NCBI RefSeq assembly: GCF_036365525.1
Contig: NC_090382.1
Coordinates: 101,986,595 to 102,050,594, forward strand
Source of the DNA: Heterodontus francisci
Lineage: Eukaryota
Reading direction: 5' to 3'
DNA length: 64,000 nucleotides
This document shows positions 12,611 through 25,449 of the stretch, piece after piece; position 1 is the stretch's first letter; every line of letters begins with the position of its first letter. The position numbers and the translations under genes were made by a program. Under the pieces are notes generated by a model. It did no database searches and was not told the DNA's origin. It saw nothing but the letters and a program-made list of their open reading frames with translations.

Positions 12611-13915
12611 TCTTCCCATCTTCCCTCAATTCTCCTAACACCTACCTACATTAGGGGCAATTTTTTACAATGGCCAATTTACCTATCAACCCGCAAGTCT
12701 TTGGCATGTGGGAGGAAACTGGAACACCCAGAGCAAACCCATGTGGTCACAGGGAGAACTTGCAAATGCCGCACAGGCAGTACCCAGAACAAACCCGGAT
12801 CGCTGGAGCTGTGAGGCTGCAGTGCTAACCACTGCACCACTCTGCCGCCCTTCTCTTACACATCTTTCTCTCTCTCTCTGGTCGGCACTCTTTTGTTGCT
12901 GTTTCACTGCAAAAACCCTGCTTCCTTTCCCTTGACTTAACTGAAGGTAATCAACCTCTTCATCTGTCTACTTGTGGCTTCATGTGTTCTGGACTGAGAT
13001 ATTGTAAGCTTGTCCCTTCAATCAGGATGTGCCGAGCCCTAAATGAGCTGAACTACCAGCCTTTCATCTTTGAATTTGCACTTGCTGGCTACATTTCTAA
13101 ATCTTGTTGGGAAATTGTCAACAGGCTCACTTGGTCCCAGTCTCACCGTCTGAAATTCATAACGGTGGATCTGATGTTTGTCTTTTGCTGAAGATATGTG
13201 CTGAATTTCTCACAAATTTCATCTGAGTTTTAATTGTTGATCTCACTCGTTTCCCAGCTATTGAGAAGATCTAATCCTTTCTCTCCTGTATGTCCACAAA
13301 ATGATGTAACTGACCTTTTCGTCTTCACTCATGCCTTTCAGAAAACTACTGAATGTCAATTTGCACTTTTGCTTAAACTTTTTGAATGCCTCCACAATGT
13401 TGTTGGAATTCCAAATCATCATGGGCAGAACTGCACAAGCATTGCTGTGGTGAGCATCTCATTTTTTTTGGGGGGGGGTGGGGGGGGGAATAATTCAGGT
13501 TGTTTTTCACAATCAAATTCAGTAGTACAATTGCTCATATGGATTGAGTTCTACTCACAAATACCTTGCTGCCACCACATTATGTCTTGCGGTTCCCAGA
13601 GCTCCAAAATAATCACACTTCTCAAGTACTGGAGCTTGCATCTCTTATATTTTACACAGCTCTGTATGTGTGGCAGAATGATACAATGTGTTTTGGTACT
13701 ATTAAGCTTACAAGAACTGCAACAATGTAAAAGTACAGTATAAAACTTCAGTTATAATAATGTGACTCTGATTTTTTTTAAAGTGAACAATATGTTCCAA
13801 AATTGCCATGAGAAGTAAAAGACAAGGTCTTTGTATATTCAAACTGTCTGACAGAGATAAAAGAATACATTTTGAGGTGGGAGGAGTCAACTACACCCAT
13901 CCTGAAACATTCCTG

Positions 13916-14459
13916 ATTTTTTTTTAATTCATTCATGGGATGTGGGCATCACTGGCTATGTCAGCATTTATTGCCCATCCATAATTGCCCTTGAGAGGTT
14001 GGTGGTGAGCTACCTTCTTGAACCGCTGCAGTCCATGTGAGGTAGGTACACTCTCAGTGCTGTTAGGAAGGGAGTTCCAGGATTTTGACCCAGCAACAGT
14101 GAAGGAACGGCGATATAATTCCAAGTCAGGATGGTGTGTGACTTGGATGGGAACTTGCAGGTGGTAGTGTTCCCATGCATCTGCTGTTCTTGTCCTTCGA
14201 GGTGGTAGAGGTCGTGGGTTTGGAAGGTGCTGTCTAAGGAGCCTTGGTACGTTGCTGCAGTGCATCTTGTGGATGGTACACACTGCTGCCACTGTGCATC
14301 GGTGGAGGAGGGAGTGAATGTTTGTGCATGTTGTGCAAATCAAGCAGGCTGCTTTGTTCTGGATGGTGTCGAGCTACTTGAGTATTGTTTGAGCTGCATC
14401 CATCCAGGCAAGTGGAGAGTATTCCATCACACTCCTGACTTGTGCCTTGTAGATGGTGG
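13916..14459 (-). mobile_element. 5'-truncated family-B LINE (copy A only)
   Basis: 3' end of RT (AAVCTIHKMH), 3' UTR and poly(A). Confidence 0.85.
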
Positions 14460-14489
14460 AATTGAATGGGTTCTTCTGAAACAAAGAAG

Positions 14490-17110
14490 TTGTAGAGAGG
14501 ACATAAGTAGGCTACAAAGGGATATATGTAGACTAAGGAGTATAATGTGGGAAAATGTGAATTTGTCCATTTTGACAGGAAGAATAAAAAAGCATATTAT
14601 CTAAATTGTGAGAGATTGCAGAGTTCTGAAATGCAGAGGGATCTGGGTGCCCTAGTGCATGAGTCACAAAAGGTTAACAAGTAGGTACAGCAAGCAATTA
14701 GGAAAGTTGATAGAATTTTTTCAAATTCATTCATGGGATGTGGGCATCGTTGGCTAGGCCATCATTTATTGCCCATCCCTAATTGCCCTTGAGAAGGTGG
14801 TGGTGAGCTGCCTTCTTGAACTGATGCAGTCCATGTGAGGTATGTACACCCAGAGTGCTGTTAGGAAAGGAGTTCCAGTGAAGGAACGGCGATATAGTTC
14901 CAAATCAGGATGGTGTGTGACTTGGAGGGGAACTAGCAGGTGGTGGTGTCCCCATGCATTTTCTGTCCTTGTCCTTCTGGTTGGTAGAGGTCGTGGGTTT
15001 GGAAGGTGCTGTCTAAGGAGCCTTGGTGCGTTGCTGCAGTGCATCTTGTAGATGGTACACACTGCTGCCACTGTGTGTCGGTGGTGGAGGGGGTGAATGT
15101 TTGTGCATGGTGTGCAAATCAAGCGGGCTGCTTTGTTCTGGATTGTGTCGAGCTTCTTGAGTGTTTTTGGAGCTGTACCCATCCAGACCAGTGGAGAGTT
15201 TTCCATCACACTCCTGACTCGTCCCTTGTAGATGGTGGACAGGCTTTGGGGAGTCAGGAGGTGAGTTATTCACCATAGGATTCCTAGCCTCTGACCTGCT
15301 CTTGTAGCCACAGTATTTATATGGCTACTCCAGTTCAGATTCTGGTGAATGGTCACCCCAGGATGTTGATAGTGTGGGATTCAGCAATTGTAATGCCATG
15401 AATGTCAAGGGGAGATGCTTCAGATAGTCATTTCCTGGCACCTGTGCGGCACAGGTTATTGTCGCATCTTCCCCCTATCAGCCCAAGCTTGGATATTGTC
15501 CAGCTCTTGTTGTATTTCTACATGGACTGCTTCAGTACCTGAGGAGTCGTGAATGGTGCTGAACATTGTGCAATCATCAGCAAACATCCCCACTTCTGAC
15601 CTTATGATTAAAGGAAGGTCATTGATGAAGCAGCTGAAGATGGTTGGGCCTAGGACACTACCCTGAGGAAATCCTGCAGTGATGTTCTGGAGCTGAGATG
15701 ATTGTCCTCCAACAACCACAGCCATCTTCCTTTGCGCTAGGTATGACTCCAACCAGCGGAGAGTTTTCCCCGATTCCCATTGACTTCAGTTTTGCTACGG
15801 CACCTTGATGCCATTCTCGGTCAAATGCTGCCTTGATGTCAAGGGCAGTCACTCTCACCTCACCTCTTGAGGTCGGCTCTTTTGTCCATATTTGAACCAA
15901 GGCTGTAATGAGGTCGGAGCTGAGTGGCCCTGGCGGAACCCAAACTGAGCGTCACTGAGCAGGTTATTGTTAAGCAAGTGCCGCTTGATCTGTTGCTTGA
16001 CTAATCTGTGACACAGCTCTCCCAACTTTGGCACAAGCCCCCAGATCTTAGTGAGGAGGACTTTGCAGGGTCGACAGAACTGGGTTTGCCCTTGTCGTTT
16101 CCGGTGCCTAGGTCGACGCTATGTGGTACGTCTGGTTTCATTCTTTTTTAGTGACTTTGTAGCGGTTAGATACAACTGAATGGCTTGCTAGGCCATTTCA
16201 GAGGGCATTTAAGAGTCAACCACATTGCTGTGGGTCTGGAGTCACATGTCGGCCAGACCAGCAGATTTCCTTCCCTAAAGGACATTAGTGAACCAGATGG
16301 GTTTTTACAACAATTGACAATGGATTCATGGCCATCATTAGACTATCTTTTAATTCCAGATTTATCAATTTAATTCAAATTCCACCCTCAGCTGTGGTGG
16401 GATTCAAACCCATGTCCCCAGAGAAATACCCTGGGTATCTGGGTTACTAGTCCAGTGGCAATACCACTACGCCCCCGTTTCCCACAATTATTGTAAGGGG
16501 AAATGAATATAAAGGTAGGGAGGTTATGCTTCAGCTATACAGGGCATTGGTGAGACCACATCTGGAGTACTGTGTAGAGTATTGGTCTCTTTATTTAAGG
16601 AAATGCATTGGAAGCAGTACAGAGAAGGTTTACTAGACTCATACCTGGAATGGGGGATTGTCTTATGAGTAAAGGTTGGACAGACTAGGCTTGTATCCAC
16701 TGGGGTTTAGAAGAGTAAGACGCAACTTGATTGAAACATATAAGATCCTGAGAGGTCTTGACAGGGTAGATGTGGAAAGGATGTTTCCTCTTGTGAGAGA
16801 ATCTAGAACTAGGGGTCACAGTTTAAAAATAAACCATTTAAGACAGAGATGAGGAGAATTCTTTTTCTCTCAGAGGGTCATGAGTCTTTGGAGCTCTTTT
16901 CCTCAAAAGGCTGTGGAAGCAGAGTTTTGAATATTTTTAAGGCAGATGTAGATGGATTGTTGATAAGCGAGAGGGTGAAACGTTATTGGGAGTAAGCAGG
17001 AATGTGGAGTTGAGGTTACAATCAGATCAGCCGTGATCTTATTGAATGGCGGAGCAGGCTTGAGGGGCCGAGTGACCTACTCCTGCTCCTAATTTATATG
17101 TTCATATGCT
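14490..17110 (+). mobile_element. Old CR1 3' fragment split by the family-B LINE; paralog at 49542-52195
   Basis: RT C-terminal remnants and 3' UTR ending ctcctgctcctaat. Confidence 0.75.
14716..16483 (-). mobile_element. Family-B LINE with tRNA head and a ~1.5-kb internal deletion
   Basis: Same head (16390-16483) and RT 3' half. The jump at ~15988 falls at a gcttga microhomology. Inserted in an older CR1 fragment. Confidence 0.9.
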
Positions 17111-17114
17111 CGCA

Positions 17115-17876
17115 TGCAAGATATAATGTGGAAACATCATAACTGGATTATTCTCACCCTGAATATATCAAGAGACACTTTTGAATTGAATGGTTTCTTC
17201 TGAAACAAAGACAATGTGAAGAAACCACATCTTAGGTCAGTGTTGGTCACCACAGGGAGGGAGATCCACATCTCCCAACAGAGACAAACCATTTTTTGCC
17301 TTAAAGGGAGCTTCCTGAAGAGAAAGAGAGAGGGAGACACCCAGAAAGAAGCATCACCAAGAAGCTTGTTTCCAGCTAAAGGACTGGGAGAAATCCAGCA
17401 AGCCAGAAGGGAAGTGACCTGCTGTAAACTTCTACCTCTTTACTGATGCAACAGTGAATGAGAAGTGATCCACTGTCTTCAACTGAGCTTTTCAACCAAT
17501 AGAGAATCCTACAAACACCTCAGGCCTACAACCAACAAGAAGTTGACTTCCGAGAGAGTTCAACAAGATTACCCTGATCCTGAAAACTACCCCACTTCAA
17601 ACCACCTACTCCTTTTCCTCTCTATCTGGCTCTCCTTGTGTGTGAGCGCGAGTGAATGCAGAGTGGATGTGGTTACGACAGTTTCAGGATAAGGCATATT
17701 GTTCAATAAATAATTAATCTACTGTTTTAAACCTACAAAAACACCTGTTGCTATCTATTTATTTGACAAACAAAACACAAAGGGATTAAACACTAATAAC
17801 AAAAAAACACTTGCTGCTTTCAGGTGGGAGTTGAACAGTGGGAACCACTCACACCCCTCACCATGTGACCGTAACA
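17115..17876 (+). mobile_element. Probable solo LTR; paralog at 52196-52963
   Basis: TG...CA ends (tgtaagg...cgtaaca in copy B), internal AATAAA, non-coding. No clear TSD. Confidence 0.5.
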
Positions 17877-17949
17877 GTACACAGACTGTAGTGCAGTAGT
17901 GGTTGATGCGGTATTGTGGTTATATATGTATACATACACATAAACAATA

Positions 17950-19150
17950 TCGATCCTAAATCATTTTGGGATAATTTAACAATATAACAGAAGGGTATTC
18001 CAGAGCTTGGGGACAAGGCAATGGAAGGCACAGCCACCAATGGTGGAATGATTAAAATCAGGGATGCTTGAGGCCAGAATTAACGGAGTGCAGATATCTT
18101 GGAGGGTTTTGGGGCTGGAGGAGATTACAGAGATAGTGAGGACAAGGCCATGGAGACATTTGAAAATAAGGAAGAGAATTTTAAAATCACAATGTTGCTT
18201 GATTGGGAGCCAATGTAGGTCAGTGAGCACAGGGGTGATAGGGGAATGGGACTTGGTACGAGTTGAGACATGGTGTTACAGAGGGACAAATAGGTGGTCT
18301 CAATGATGGCACAAATATGAGGTCAGAGGCTCATCCTAGGGTCAAATGTGACACCAAGGTTGTCAACAGACTGGTTTAATCACAAACTGTTGCCTGGGAG
18401 AGAGATGGAGTCAGTTGCTAGAGAACAGAGTATGGAGCAGGGACCAAAAACAATGGCTTCAGTGTTCCCAATATTTAATTGGAGGAAATTTCTGCTCATT
18501 CAGTACTGGATGTAGGATAAGCAACAGTGAAGGAGTCGAGAGATGTTAGGTACAGTGGTTAGGTGCAGCATACATATAAAATCTAACACTGTGCTTTCAA
18601 ATAATGTCACCGAGGAGCTGCATGCAGATCAGAATTAGGAGGGAGCCAAGGATAGATCCTTGGGGGACACCAGAGGTAATGACATTGCAGTAGGAAGAGA
18701 AGCCATTGCAAGTAATTCTCTGGCTATGATTAATTAAATAAGAATGGAACCAGTGAGACCAGTCCCACCCAGCTGTCGGAGAGTGGACAGGTCTTGGAGG
18801 AGGATGGTGTGGTCAACCATGTCAAAGGCTGCAGCCAGTCGAGAAGGATGAGGAGGGAAAGTTTACCTTTGTAAGAGTCAGTCACATAGGATGTCATTTG
18901 TGGCTTTGATAAGGGCTGTTTTGGTCCTGAGGCAGGGGCACAAACCTCATTGGAGGAATTCAAAAATGGAGGTCCTGGAAAGATGGCAATGGATTCGGGA
19001 GGCGACAACACAGTCAAAGACTTTGGAGAGGAAAAGGAGGATGGAAATGGGACAGCTTGAAAGGGCATTGGTGTTAAGTGTTAGTTTTGTGAGGAGAGGG
19101 GTGATGATGGCAGATATAAAGGAGAGAGGGACAACACCTGAAGAGAAAGA
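17950..19150 (-). mobile_element. Old L2-type LINE fragment; paralog at 53040-54240
   Basis: LTDLHWLPIKQ..DFKIL and KTALIKATNDIL..LSLLILLD remnants. Confidence 0.7.
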
Positions 19151-19316
19151 AACATTTATAGTATCGATGATTTTTAAATGTGAAATTACAAATCACACAT
19201 ATCATACCAACTCTGGAACACAAAATACATTTTTTGTTTTCAGATCTTAAGTTTTGCACAAAATCATCATGAATTTCTTTAACTGGTCCCGACTTTGGTC
19301 ACATGACTAACCGATT

Positions 19317-19438
19317 GCAGTAGATGTTTATCTTATGGTCACAGTTTTAGATGAACCACATCTACATCCTTCCACCATCCGCCCAAGGCCAAAATGTGGT
19401 TCACCTAAAACTGTGACCATAAGATAAACATCTACTGC
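19317..19438. repeat. 45-bp-arm inverted repeat (one mismatch, 32-nt spacer)
   Basis: Arms 19317-19361 and 19394-19438; outer degenerate arms gactttggtc/gaccaaagtc. Confidence 0.9.
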
Positions 19439-20689
19439 TTTGGGTTACTAACAAGACCAAAGTCAAAAGCAGTTAGGCAAACCTATGACAATGCTATTAT
19501 TTTCCAACACTTTTAGTCCTGATTTTTCTGCAAGAAAATTTTAATTAAATTAAGCATCACTTATTAGTGAAACAACTGAATTGCCAACAGAACTTTGAAG
19601 GACAATGAAAACCTCAAACAGAACCAGAGCATCACTTGGGAAACCAGAAAAACCAAATTGAGTTCAAGATGAATCATTTTATATTGACCAGGCAACCAGC
19701 AAGAAATCTTAAAATATGTAAAATAGCAGATGGCAGTCATTGAATTGTAAAAATCCTTCTTTTGGAGTTTTATGAAAAAGATGAAAACTTGTTTTGTCTA
19801 AAGAGGAACAGGGTGCAGCAGAAGAACTGATTTGAAAGAGTAAAAGATCAGAAAGTACAAGATCTTTCAGCAATGTGTTCAGTAACTCAAACCACATTTA
19901 AACAAATCCTTTAAAAAGAGTATGATTGCAGTAAGATTGCCCACCTTGTCGGAAGAGACTGGTGAAGAAGTCCAGAGACGAATCAGCAAAGCTCCCAACA
20001 CAGAGATACACAACAAACTGAGGTTCTCTGTCATTAAGTCGCACAAAGTCATTGACGTAGTCTCTTGTGAAACTAGAAGACAGGCGAGCTTCCTCTTCCT
20101 ATTCAGCTCAGGGTTCAGACATCATTAACGTTGTGCATGTTCAAGCTGAGATAGAAAATGGCTCAAAATAGAAACCATAGGGTAGCTCAAAATGGCAACT
20201 TAACAGGAACAAAAAAACTGTTGTCTTGGGCAAACGATTCAGTTTTGGGATAAGTTATTTGACATTTCCTGGAGCATCTCAAATGCCAGAGCCTGGAGTT
20301 AATCAGAGAATCTATTGTTTTATACTAAAAGGATTGTTAAACCATGAAGTACCAGGGTCAATATACTGGAGCTCCAGCTCCACTGCAGAATTGAGGCATC
20401 GTGGGACTCCTTGCTGCCTCTGATCATGAATGCTGGCACAATCCCAAATCCCAGGGATGGGTTGATGTTTGGGCGATTGCTTCACAGTCGTAAGATAATC
20501 AGTGATGCCCCTGATCCACTCCAGGAGCAACATTTGGGAGACGACCAATCCAGAGAACCAATGATGAGAGCAAACCAGGAATAATATAGCCACATTCTGA
20601 AGTACTTAAATCTTATAGCCACAAATTTATAAAACACAGGGTGGAATCCTTTCTGCGCTATTGAGCACAGATTCACAGAAGATTTTATT

Positions 20690-23600
20690 TAGAACATAGA
20701 ACATAGAACATTACAGCGCAGTACAGGCCCTTCAGCCCTCGATGTTGCGCCGACCTGTGAAACCATCTGACCTACACTATTCCATTTTCATCCATATGTC
20801 TATCCAATGACCACTTAAATGCCCTTAAAGTTGGCGAGTCTACTACTGTTGCAGGCAGGGCGTTCCACGCCCCTACTACTCTCTGTGTAAAGAAACTACC
20901 TCTGACATCTGTCCTATATCTATCACCCCTCAACTTAAAGCTATGTCCCCTCGTGTTTGCCATCACCATCCGAGGAAAAAGGCTCTCACTATCCACCCTG
21001 TCCAGCCCTCTGATTATCTTATCTGTCTCTATTAAGTCACCTCTTCTCCTCCTTCTCTCTAACGAAAACAACCTCAAGTCCCTCAGCCTTTCCTCGTAAG
21101 ACCTTCCCTCCATACCAGGCAACATCCTAGTAAATCTCCTCTGCACCTTTTCCAAAGCTTCCACATCCTTCCTATAATGCGGTGACCAGAACTGCACGCA
21201 ATACTCCAGGTGCGGCCGCACCAGAGTTTTGTACAGCTGCAGCATGACCTCGTGGCTCCTAAACTCGATCCCCCTACTAATAAAAGCTAACACACCATAT
21301 GCCTTCTTAACAGCTCTATTAACCTGGGTAGCAACTTTCAGGGATTTATGTACCTGGACACCAAGATCTCTCTGCTCATCTACACTACCAAGAATCTTCC
21401 CATTAGCCCAGTATTCTGCAATCCTGTTACTCCTTCCGAAGTGAATCACCTCACACTTTTCCGCATTAAACTCCATTTGCCATATCTCAGCCCAGCTCTG
21501 CAGCCTATCTATGTCCCTCTGTAACCTACAACATCCTTCGGCACTATCCACAACTCCACCGACCTTCGTGTCATCCGCAAATTTACTAACCCACCCTTCT
21601 ACACCCTCATCCAGGTCATTTATAAAAATGACAAACAGCAGTGGTCCCAAAACAGATCCTTGCGGTACACCACTAGAAACTATACTCCAGGATGAACATT
21701 TACCATCAACCAGCACCCTCTGTCTTCCTTCAGCTAGCCAATTTCTGATCCAAAGCACTAATTCACCTTCAATCCCATACTTCTGTATTTTCTGCAATAG
21801 CCTACTGTGGGGAACTTTATCAAACGCCTTACTGAAATCCATATAGACCACATCCACGGCTTTACCCTCATCCACCTGTTTGGTCACCTTGTCAAAAAAC
21901 TCAACAAGGTTTGTGAGGCACGACCTACCCTTCACAAAACCGTGCTGACTATCTCTAATGAACTTATTCTTTTCAAGATGATTATAAATCCTATCTCTTA
22001 TAACCTTTTCCAACATTTTACCCACAACCGAAGTAAGGCTCACAGGTCTATAATTACCAGGGCTGTCTCTACTCCCCTTCTTGAACAAGGGGACAACATT
22101 TGCTATCCTCCAGTCTTCCGGCACTATTCCTGTCGACAATGACGACATAAAAATCAAGGACAAAGGCTCTGCAATCTCCTCCCTGGCTTCCCAGAGAATC
22201 CTAGGATAAATCCCATCTGGCCCAGGGGACTTATCTATTTTCACACTTTCCAAAATTGCTAACACCTCCTCCTTGTGAACCTCAATCCCATCTAGCCTAG
22301 TAGTCTGTATCTCAGTATTCTCCTCGACAACATTTTCTTTCTCCACTGTAAATACTGACAAAAAATATTCATTTAACACTTCCCCTATCTCCTCCGATTC
22401 CACACACAACTTCCCACTACTATCCTTGATTGGCCCTAACCTATCTCTAGTCATTCTTTTATTCCTGATATACCTATAGAAAGCCTTAGGGTTTTCTTTG
22501 ATCCTATCCACCAATGACTTCTCGTGTCCTCTCCTTGCACTTCTTATCTCTCCCTTTAGATCCTTCCTGGCTAGCTTGTAACTCTCAAGCACCCTAACTG
22601 AGCCTTCACGTCTCATCCTAACATAAGCCTTCTTCTTCCTCTTGACAAACTCTTCAACTTCTTTAGTAAACTACGGCTCCCTCGCTCGACAACTTCCTCC
22701 CTGCCTGACAGGTACATACTTATCAAGGACACGCAGTAGCTGCTCCTTGAATAAGCTCCACATTTCGATTGTGCCCATCCCCTGCAGTTTCCTTCCCCAT
22801 CCTACGCATCCTAAATCTTGCCTAATCGCATCATAATTTCCTTTCCCCCAGCTATAATTCTTGCCCTGCTGTATATGCCTGTCCCTGCCCATCGCTAAGG
22901 TAAACCTAACCGAATTGTGATCACTATCACCAAAGTGCTCACCAACTTCTAAATCTAACACCTGGCCGGGTTCTTTACCCAGTACCAAATCCAATGTGGC
23001 ATCGCCCCTGGTTGGCCTGTCTACATACTGTGTCAGAAAACCCTCCTGCACACACTGGACAAAAACAGACCCATCTAAAGTACTCGAACTATAGTATTTC
23101 CAGTCAATATTTGGAAAGTTAAAGTCCCCCATAACCACTACCCTGTTACTCTCGCTCCTGTCAAGAATCATCTTTGCTATCCTTTCCTCTACATCTCTGG
23201 AACTATTTGGAGGTCTATAGAAAACTCCCAACAGGGTGACCTCTCCTCTCCTGTTTCTAACCTCGGCCCAGACTACCTCAGTAGACGAGTCCTCAAACGT
23301 CCTTTCTGCCGCTGTAATAGTTTCCTTGATTAACAATGCCACACCCCCCCCCTCTTTTACCATCTTCTCTGTTCTTAGTGAAACATCTAAATCCCGGAAC
23401 CCGCAGCATCCATTCCTGTCCCTGCTCTACCCATGTCTCTGAAATGGCCACAACATCGAGATCCCAGGTACCAACCCATGCTGCAAGCTGACCCACCTTA
23501 TTCCGGATGCTCCTGGCGTTGAAGTAGACACATTTTAAACCAAGCTCTTGCTTGCCAGCGCCCTCTTGTGTCCTTATAACCTTATCTCTGCCCTCACTAC

Positions 23601-25003
23601 TCTCAACATCCTGCACACTGGAACTACAATTTAGGTTCCCATCCCCCTGCTGAATTAGTTTAAACCCCCCCGAAGAGCACTAGCAAATCTCCCCCCCAGG
23701 ATATTGGTACCCCTCTGGTTCAGGTGAAGACCATCCTGTTTGTAGAGGTCCCACCTACCCCAGAAAGAGCCCCAATTATCCAGGAAACCAAAACCCTCCC
23801 TCCTACACCATCCCTGCAGCCACGTGTTCAACTCCTCTCTCTCCCTATTCCTCACTTCGCTAGCACGTGGCACGGGCAACAACCCAGAGATAACAACTCT
23901 GTTTGTTCTCGCTCTAAGCTTCCACCCTAGCTCCCTGAATTTCTGCCTTAAATCCCCATCTGTCTTCCTACCTATGTCGTTGGTGCCTATGTGTACCACG
24001 ACTTGGGGCTGCTCCCCCTCCCCCTTGAGGATCCCAAAAACACGATCCGAGACATCACGTACCCTGGCACCTGGGAGGCAACACACCAACCGTGAGTCTC
24101 TCTCATTCCCACAAAACCTCCTATCTGTTCCCCTAACTATGGAGTCCCCAATGACTAATGCTCTGCTCCTCTTCCCCCTTCCTTTCTGAGCAACAGGGAC
24201 AGACTCTGCGCCAGAGACCTGTATCCCATTGCCTTCCCCTGGTAAGTCGGCTCCCCCAACAGTATCCAAAACGGTATACCTGTTGTTGAGGGAAACGGCC
24301 ACAGGGGATCCCTGCACTGCCTGCTGGTTCCCTCTCCTTCCCCTGACGGTAACCCATCTACCTTCTTCTTTTACCTGAGGTGTGACTGCCTCCCGATAAC
24401 GCCTCTCAATAATCCCCTCCGCCTCCCGAATGATCCGAAGTTCCTCCAGCTCCAGCTCCAGTTCCCTAACGCGGTCCTCGAGGAGCTGGAGCTGGGTGCA
24501 CTTCCCGCAGATGCAGTCAGCAGGGACACCCTTGGCGACCCTTACCTCCCACATTCTGCAGGAGGAACATTCAACTGCCTTAACCTCCATTCCCACTATT
24601 CTAAATTCCCAAGTTTTTAACCAATCACACGATAAAACAAGAAGAGAAATAGAAAAAGCCTTACCTTACCTACACACAACCGAGTCCTTTTTTTTAGGTA
24701 AGAGGAGGAGGGCGGGTGGGAGACACTACAAGAGTAGTGTCTCGGGTTCGGAAACAGCCCAAATATATAGGTTTCTACTTACCCAGCAGTCCCTGCTCCA
24801 CCGAAACTCCCGATGAAATTGACTTCCCAGCTGTTCACTCCTCGCTCGCAATGCCTGTGCTCCTGGAAAAGCTGCACAACGAAAAGGTAAGAGAATTTAC
24901 ACAGCCCAAATATATAGGTTTCTACTTACCCAGCAGTCCCTGCTCCACTGAAACTCCCGATGAAATTGACTTCCTAGCTGTTCACTCCTCGCTCGCAATG
25001 CAG
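20690..25003 (-). mobile_element. Full-length CR1 LINE #2, nearly intact
   Basis: ORF1 23655-24596 is intact. ORF2 20772-23616 has one poly-G frameshift (~23345) and one TAG (~22671). 3' microsatellite tail present. Empty site in copy B at ~55780. Confidence 0.95.
23655..24596 (-). CDS. CR1 ORF1p (Zn finger, coiled coil, SGNH esterase)
   Basis: 313-aa open frame (ATG at 24590) with CSSC/CGKC, VIGDS, HIGTND and DGLHLN. Confidence 0.9.
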   Translation of the reverse strand: MGMEVKAVECSSCRMWEVRVAKGVPADCICGKCTQLQLLEDRVRELELELEELRIIREAEGIIERRYREAVTPQVKEEGRWVTVRGRRGNQQAVQGSPVAVSLNNRYTVLDTVGGADLPGEGNGIQVSGAESVPVAQKGRGKRSRALVIGDSIVRGTDRRFCGNERDSRLVCCLPGARVRDVSDRVFGILKGEGEQPQVVVHIGTNDIGRKTDGDLRQKFRELGWKLRARTNRVVISGLLPVPRASEVRNREREELNTWLQGWCRREGFGFLDNWGSFWGRWDLYKQDGLHLNQRGTNILGGRFASALRGGLN

Positions 25004-25449
25004 TGTAAGATTACAGAGATGAACAACAAAGATAATTCTGGAGATCCAGGGTGTGAATTTGGTTTTGTAGCGCTCCTGGAGATGGCACTGTGGATAGAGA
25101 GTGACCTTATTCTGGTGCACACTGCGCCACCAGCTATTTCAGGCATGGCCCACTTGGAACACCATCTTTTGAAGGGTGATTGCACAGGTGTCCCCTGCAT
25201 ACACTGGAAGCAACTGATTCAGCACTATCCTGATGTCACACAGATTAACTGAGTGATATGACGCACTCACTCAAAATTGGACCTCGCAGGTCCATTGAAT
25301 GAAATTGCGCAATACTCCACAAAGATCAAGTGTTTCGCTGAAAAGATGGGCCCTGCACCAATGCTATTTAAAAACAAGTTGCATGAGGTGCTTTTGATTT
25401 ACTTTTGCTCAGCCTGAGTTTGTGGAAGCACTGTGCTGTGTTTTTGTAG

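Larger units (their letters stand above)
7390..13745 (-). mobile_element. Degenerate Gypsy-type LTR retrotransposon interrupted by a SINE and CR1 #1; paralog at ~42610-48475
   Basis: PBS-like TGGTGGCAGC (tRNA-Leu type) at ~13577-13568 next to an LTR-like block. Gag-like remnant (EPVDNF..KCKF..LIWG; ORF 47578-47868 in copy B) and RT remnant (GIKL..KC..FFG) at ~7550-7700. Confidence 0.6.

Noticed and set aside
19500-20690. Non-repetitive-looking block as a possible additional gene
   Set aside because: Short ORFs differ in frame between the two copies, and no convincing exon was found.
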